Of a DNA stretch of 64,000 bases, positions 57,217-64,000 are shown one piece after another. Under the pieces are notes generated by a model, which had not been told where the DNA came from, did no database searches, and saw only the letters and a list, made by a program, of their open reading frames with translations. Position numbers and translations under genes: made by a program. The stretch is from Eledone cirrhosa (taxonomy: Eukaryota), in assembly GCA_964016885.1 (NCBI GenBank), contig OZ024745.1, positions 45,570,001 to 45,634,000 of the forward strand, given 5' to 3'. The stretch's first letter is position 1. Every line of letters starts with the position of its first letter.

Positions 57217-60200
57217 CGAAGAAGGTGTGGTAAGATACCAGGTGGACCATAATGCACCAGAGAGCTCGATACTTAGGGTAGTAGAGTGGATATATATATA
57301 TTTAAACTTTGTTATGCTTCAAACACCAGCTTCATAATAAGAAAATAAGTTATATTATTGAATCCCACCAAAATCTAGATTATTTTCAACTTGCTTTGTG
57401 GTATAGAGTTACGGCACTTTACGTCAGAGTTCAAGTCCAGCGGAGGTTAGCTTTGCCTTTCATCCTTACGAGGTCGATAAAATAAAGTACCAGTGATGCA
57501 CTGGTTCGATTTAATCGACTCTCCCCTTCCCCAAAATTGCTGACTCTGTGTCTAAAGTAGAAACAATTATTAAAGCCCTTTATGGTCTGAGTTCAAATCC
57601 CGCCAAGGTTACCTTTGCCTTTCATCCTTAGGGGGTCGATAAAATAAAGCACCAGTGATACACTGGGATAATTGCTGGCTTTGTGCCAAATGTAGAAACA
57701 ATTATTATTATTAAAGCCAGTACTATAACGAAGACATACCAGTACGTACGTTTCGTTGGTTAGGAGACCCAACTTTTCAAACGGAATAGCTTCTTTTTAG
57801 TACTACCCTTAATAAATGTTTCTACTTTTAACACAAGGCCAGCAATTTTGGGGGAGGGGAAAGTCGATTAAATCGACACCAGTGCGTGACTGGTACTTTA
57901 TTTTATCGACCCCGTAAGGATGACAGGCAAAGTTAACCTCGGCGGGATTTGAACTCAGATAATAAAGGGACGTAACTCTTTATTGCAAAGCATGGCGTCA
58001 GACCCTCTACCGATACTGCCAATCCACCGCCCTAGTACTAGCCTTAATAATAATAATATATAAAATTCGCCCTACGGCCTTGAGTTGCTCTATACTTTGG
58101 ATATTTCTTCCTCATCCCCCTCCCCCTCCTCCCTCTCCTCCTTCTACTACTACTCCTACACCTCCCCCCACCCCTCCTCCTCCTCCTCCTCCTCCTACTA
58201 CTACTACTACTACTACACACACACACACACATGCGTGTGTGACTGAGTGAGTTTTTGTGTGTGTGTGAGAGAGAGTGTATGTGTGATTAGTGTATATATC
58301 ATTGCGTACAAATTAGCGTGTAAGATTAGCATTAAATCATTTTAAGTCCGCAATGCCGATGTCCATAATACATACTTAATCCGTAAAATTAATCGAAATG
58401 GATTTATAAAATAAAATAAATATCTCATGTGAGGGATTAAACAATGATTTTATATCACCTTCGAATTATTATTGGTAGTAGAAAAGGCTGGCTCATTGGC
58501 AGAATCGGTAGATCGTCAGACAAAATGCTTTGTGGTATTTAGATACTAGTGTTTTCGTTCTGGGTTAAAATCCAGTCTAGGTCAGCTTTGCTTGTCATGC
58601 TTCCGGGGGTCGATTAAATAGGGTACCAGCAAAGTATTAGTCACGGTATAATCGACTTTCACTATCCCTGAAAAATTGTTCAGCCTGTGTCTAAATTAAA
58701 AATATTAATAGATGTAAAAGAGGGTGGTGGATTTGTAGTAATCAAGGAGTGTCGAAAAAAAAAAGTATTTTGAGGTATTTGGTTACGACGTTCTCCGTTA
58801 AAATCCAGACAAGGTCAGTTTTGCCTTTCAAACTTCAAAGGATTGATACAATAAGCATCATTATAATATTGAAATCAATACAATCGACAGTCTCCTCAGC
58901 CGAAATTTCCAGCCCGTGTGCCTCAATTACAAAGCATTATTAACAATAGGAATTGAAGGAGTTTGATTGGTAGACCCTCGTACAAATTAATTGCAGTATT
59001 TGGTTTTGTATTCAAATAACAGGGAAGCCAAATTTACCATTCGTCCATTTAGGAATCGATAAAATAAAGTATCGGTTATGTATTGGAACCAATATATATT
59101 TTCCTCTTCCTCCAAATTGCTGCGGTAGAGGGTCGGATGCCATGCTTTGACGCATAGAGTTACGGCCCTTGCCATTCTGAGTTCAAATCCCGCCGAGGTT
59201 AACTTTGCTATTCATCCTTACGGGGTCTATAAAATAAAGTACCAGTAATGCACTGGGTAATTGCTGCCTTGTGCCAAAAGTAGAAACAATTATTAATGAG
59301 AGAAAGTGACGGATTGGCAAATTCGTTAAGGCGTCGGACCAAGTTCTTTGAGATTTTTAATTACGACCCTTTACATTCTGCGTTCAAATCCAATCGAGAT
59401 CTACTTTACTCTTCATCATTCCGACGTCAATAAAATAAAGTTAAAATCAAGTGCTGGAGTCGATATAATGGACTTGTGCCTTCTCTAAATTTGATGGACT
59501 TGTACCAAAGTTAGAGATCATTATTAGTAGCAGGAGAGGGCGGTGGATGGCAAACTCATTAGACCGTCTTGCAATTGTTTAGTCGCATTTGTTCAATGTT
59601 TTACGTTTTGTATGCCAAGCCAATTTTGCTTTCAAAGGTTGTTAAAATATAGTACCAGTAAAGTACTGACGTCTATATAATCTACTTCATTTTCTCAAAT
59701 TGCAAGACGTGTGCAGAAATTCGAAATTATTCTTATTAGTAGTAGGAGAAGAAAGAGGAGAAAAATATGAATTGGCAGAAATCACAAGAGTGGCTACCAA
59801 AAGCATTGTGTCCTTGATCAAAATCAACAAAAACAACAACTGCCCTACAAAAATGCAGGTCCGTAATGTGACACTATTAACTAATAAAAGAATTGACATT
59901 GTGCTGCAATGTTTTGTTGTGTTCATATATTGTCAAAGTCTATATGCCTATTAAAACAATTCCTGACTTTAGGTAGTCTGAAAATATACAGGCGTTGGAA
60001 TTTATAATCATAAACTAAGTTTGATTGTAAACATTTTCTATTATTTATTATTTTTGCAGGAAAATGTATATGTATTTAATTACTGCGCAAATATTTCATT
60101 CAGATCAGTTTATTTTTCATTATTTTTATTCATGGTAAATATTTAGTGAGTCACTTTGGCGCATACATGGTGACTAACGCACCCAGACATTTTAAATGGC

Positions 60201-60599
60201 TGCATTCATGGATTTCCATCGTCGATATTTGTTACATCTGCTAATAATTACCGTCGCGTCAGCATTTATCGTGCTGCCAAAATATAGAAGACAATCTTCA
60301 TTTTTTTTATATCAGCATCTTTAAATTCTATATTAGTCAATTTATGTTTGGAGTTGCGATTATAAACTGATTCATTTTAGCTCTAAATTTAAATTTGTTA
60401 TTAGTCTTTACTACCGTTATAATTATTTTTATCATGAATTCTTTTCGGCTAACACACAAATCTGCCTTCATACTAAAAGGCCTGTGAATTATGTATTTAT
60501 ATGGCAACCTCATAACATCTTCCTAATAATGTCGTTCTAAGACTGTAAATATTTTCTCAAATTATTTGTTTTTTTATTTATTAATTTGTCTGAAACAGG

Positions 60600-61779
60600 A
60601 GAGTAGCCTTTGGCAGGAGCTGTAGTTTGATCATGGGAAGGCAGATGCCTGTAGGGAAATTTAGATCGATATTGTTCTATGTGCACTGATGGTGAATGAT
60701 TTGGTGGTAAGGCATTAGGTATGACCAGAAATAAAACAAGACACAGAGAATTGAAAAAGTAACCACGGGTATGTAGTTTATTACTTTAGATAAACAAATG
60801 ATATTAAAGTTGTAATAGAAAGTGAAACAGTACACATGTAGACTAGTATTTACGTGTTTGTGAAACGCTTTTAGGTGATAGGCTTCAATAAAACAGTCTA
60901 ACAACAAACTTATACTTCACTGATTAAGATCATATCAGGGCAGCTCGGAATTACTGCTGCTTTAAAATGTTGGTGATATTAATAACATGTTACTTTTAAG
61001 GAAGTTCCTAATAGGCTATTAGGTAGATATTAGGTTTAGAGATGATGATCTTGCTATATCGGATGCATTATCATGAGTTTTCATATGTTGCGAGTAGATT
61101 GTAATTAAAATTAAACATTTGAGACAGGATTAGCTAGATTCAGGCATATTGTTGGACGAAACCAGACGAAAAACATCTATGAACCGGTCATATTTTTGGT
61201 TTGGAGTGTAGCACGCCGAAGTTGCTGTACAAGCATATTATATATATTAAGATACGCCCTACATGTACAGCTATATTAGTTGAAGAGATAATGGTAGAAG
61301 GACTCTTGAAAATGTATAGATATTGTTTTGGGAAAGAAGCAAATGTACACACCACAATTTGAAACATAATATTGCTTGTTGGTAATGTGATACTTGAAGA
61401 CATTTATTGATTTCCTGGGGGTTATTTTGTAAGGCAGTGAAAATAGATAAACAACACTTAGTTAGTGGGTTGTATTTGATATCTTGCGAACCTTATATGC
61501 AGTTGTATTTGCCTGTACACTTGCGGCATGCCTGCACACTTGCGGCATGACTGCAAGTCAACAAGTTACAGATTTTGAAGTTGTAGGTTTTAGATGTGAG
61601 ATACCAAATGCAGACCTGCCAACCTCTAAAAACCCAAACGGGGAGTACCATGAAAAAAAGTGCTCCAAAGCGGTGAGAAATGAGGCAAAATGGGGAGATT
61701 TACATAATGTAAGCTGTACCCATCTCTCACCCACCCTAAAGTGAGTGGGAGATCTCCCCGTCGGACGGGGAAGAGTTAA
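60600..61779 (+). mobile_element. Possible decayed piggyBac-like element
   Basis: Terminus CCCCGTCGGACGGGGAAGAG-TTAA; only faint transposase-like traces (GMTRNK). Confidence 0.25.
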
Positions 61780-62613
61780 AAGGTCTGCAAACAGAATATA
61801 TTTTCAAACTGCAATAGAAATACATTCAAGTTAACATAAAGTCGTTCCATCCATCAACTCAGCTAATTACCAAAGTTAAACTAAAAAAAATGTCCCTTAT
61901 TTTCAATAAACACTTTTTCTTTTGGGGGCACCTATTAAACCTAAAATAGATAAATATATCTTCTATCTAATTGCATTAAAATATCGATCAAATCAAAATA
62001 TTTAATAAATGAAATACCGAAACGAAAATACAAAACTGATTCGATACTACAAAAACGGAAATCCAGCCATCGAAATAGAAACAAATCTTATTTAAAATTT
62101 TTCACAAAATCAGATGACCGTATCAATTAAATTATAGCAAAAAATGTGAAATTCCACTGTATTAATTTACAACATTTTGGAAAATTTAAGAAGCTTGCAG
62201 ATGTTTCATATTTTGGATCGGAATCGTAAATAGCTTTTCTGTCAAATATGCTCTATAGAATATATGACTGTTTGAGTTAAATGTACTTTATTTATACTTT
62301 TTTTATTTTTTTTTTTATTAATGATAGTCATAGATTACATAGTCGAAAAAAATTTATATTTTTGCCTCTTTCAAATTCCAGCATTGAGCTGGGGAGCACT
62401 ATTATGATGAGGGTCAGAGCCAGAAATGCAATGGCAGTTGACCCCGCTACTTCTGCTGGAATCCGCTACACGGCGCTAGCCGTCAGCTTTTCAATGTTCA
62501 TATCTAGTAGGCTTTACACATGTTTATTCGTATAACATGAGATATACAAAATTCACACTCACACAGCCACACACACGGATACACACACACACACATACCC
62601 ACACACACACACA

Positions 62614-62738
<125 letters not shown>

Positions 62739-62787
62739 GATTCCTGATGATTTCTAAAGAATGAAACAGTTCTAGTCCTGTAGAATC
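62739..62787 (+). ncRNA. Complete compact hammerhead between two (TA)n tracts
   Basis: GATTC-CTGATGA-tTTC taaa GAAt-GAAA-CAG ttctagtc CTG-TA^GAATC. Confidence 0.85.
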
Positions 62788-62790
62788 TCA

Positions 62791-62874
<84 letters not shown>

Positions 62875-62887
62875 TATATATATAATA

Positions 62888-63171
62888 GGTGTGGGATGCT
62901 TAAAGCGTCCGTAAGCGGTAGGCCGTTTGAGCACTCGATGCTCTTATAGAGCAGAGTATAATATCACATAATAAACGGAGAATCAGTGGTGCGACGAATT
63001 AAAATTTATTAGACAAAGTACAATCGTTTCTCTGGCGACCAGAGGATCTTGCGATTTCAGAGTGAGGTTCGATCATTGCATCGATCGTGCTTCGAGCTGG
63101 TCGCCAGAGAAACGATTGTAATTTGTCTAATAAATTTTAATTCGGCCCACCACTGGTTCTCCGTTTCTTAT

Positions 63172-63176
<5 letters not shown>
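62888..63176. mobile_element. Fold-back mini-element related to family H, with 3' half HHR
   Basis: Arms ~62963-63042 and ~63097-63177; tcgagctggtcgccagaGAAACGATTGTA; tail shares agcactc...agagcagagt with 53642-53669. Confidence 0.7.
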
Positions 63177-63219
<43 letters not shown>

Positions 63220-63963
63220 ATAAGAAACGGAGAATCAGGGACCACTTCCTGTTGCGCGCGCACCCCACATCTCTCCTCTTCCGACCACCGCTTCATGGAT
63301 TACCCACACGCAGAAATTGACTTACAACCAATCCACTAAACATCCGTGGAACTTACCAACTTTTCAACCATCCTCTTACGTAATCACCTATATAATTCAC
63401 CCACACACACCCCCAAAAAATTGTTTTTCTCCACACGCCACCCACACCCACAACACGCTTAAACCCCACACACACGTGCTTCCCACCACATATTTAAACC
63501 CTCAGCCTCCTGATTCCTATCCCCCCACCCCCACCCCCCTATCCACACACGCACAGACACTCCGACCCACAAAAACACCCCCCACACACACCTCTTCCTG
63601 AACATGCAACCCCGTTCTTCCCCCAACCCTTACTTTCACATACACACACACACACACACACCTACACACACACACCACCTTCAGCTCTCCCCGCTCGGAC
63701 ACCCGTCTCCCTCTCCCGACTCCACCGGCCACCACCCTTACTCACCCCACACCCTTCCACCACCTGTTTACCCCCCTTTTAATTTCGGTTTATTTTGATC
63801 ATGCCTTTATTTTTAAATTTTCTCATTCCTTGTATTTTGATCATGCTTTATTTTTATTTTTTATCTTTATTTGTTATTTTTTCATTCGCACCGTTTCCTT
63901 TCGCTATATGTCTCTCCACCACTCCCCTACACACCTTTTGAACTCTGTTCCCACACACTTCTC

Positions 63964-63995
63964 ACCTGAGGAAGGGCTTATGCCCGAAACGTCGT
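63964..63995 (+). ncRNA. Minimal PLE-type hammerhead core at the window edge
   Basis: CTGAGGA-a-GGGC ttat GCCC-GAAAC-GTC; only 2 bp of helix I visible. Confidence 0.6.
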
Positions 63996-64000
63996 CCCCC

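Larger units (their letters stand above)
56105..59760. mobile_element. Cluster of about ten octopus-type tRNA SINE copies of mixed age and orientation
   Basis: Repeated GAGTTCAAATCC...TTTGCCTTTCATCC...GGGGTCGATAAAATAAAGTACCAGT; minus copy at ~57815-58030. Confidence 0.85.

Noticed and set aside
56105-59300. tRNA genes
   Set aside because: A/B-box-like motifs belong to SINE heads; no complete cloverleaf is seen.
61484-61744. 86-aa ORF with signal-peptide-like start
   Set aside because: Non-ATG start, internal 19-nt duplication, and lies beside a transposon-like end; no splice support.

Overview
AT-rich, microsatellite-dense animal DNA; the SINE families look like those I recall from octopod cephalopods (recall, not a search). 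Most long ORFs in the track are (TA)n/(CA)n artefacts. The only host gene is the 3' half of a RET-like receptor tyrosine kinase on + (six exons, 2223-38219, all GT-AG and phase-compatible), with an unusual P+1/APE loop (SIKWMDPN). The rest is mobile DNA: RTE LINEs, an R4/Dong-like RLE element in (TATG)n, a near-intact DD34D mariner, many tRNA-SINEs and two Penelope-like element (PLE) coding fragments. The main signal is about 15 hammerhead ribozyme (HHR) motifs, some with altered cores, plus several half-motifs. They come from roughly ten sequence families and almost all sit in short non-coding fold-back or 1.2-monomer units inside or abutting (TA)n tracts. Several have a greatly enlarged domain II (39-137 nt) with compensatory changes between copies. 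One has a U3-A8 covariant core, and one insertion is just a 55-nt ribozyme between two TA arrays. All folds were read by eye and none is experimentally tested.
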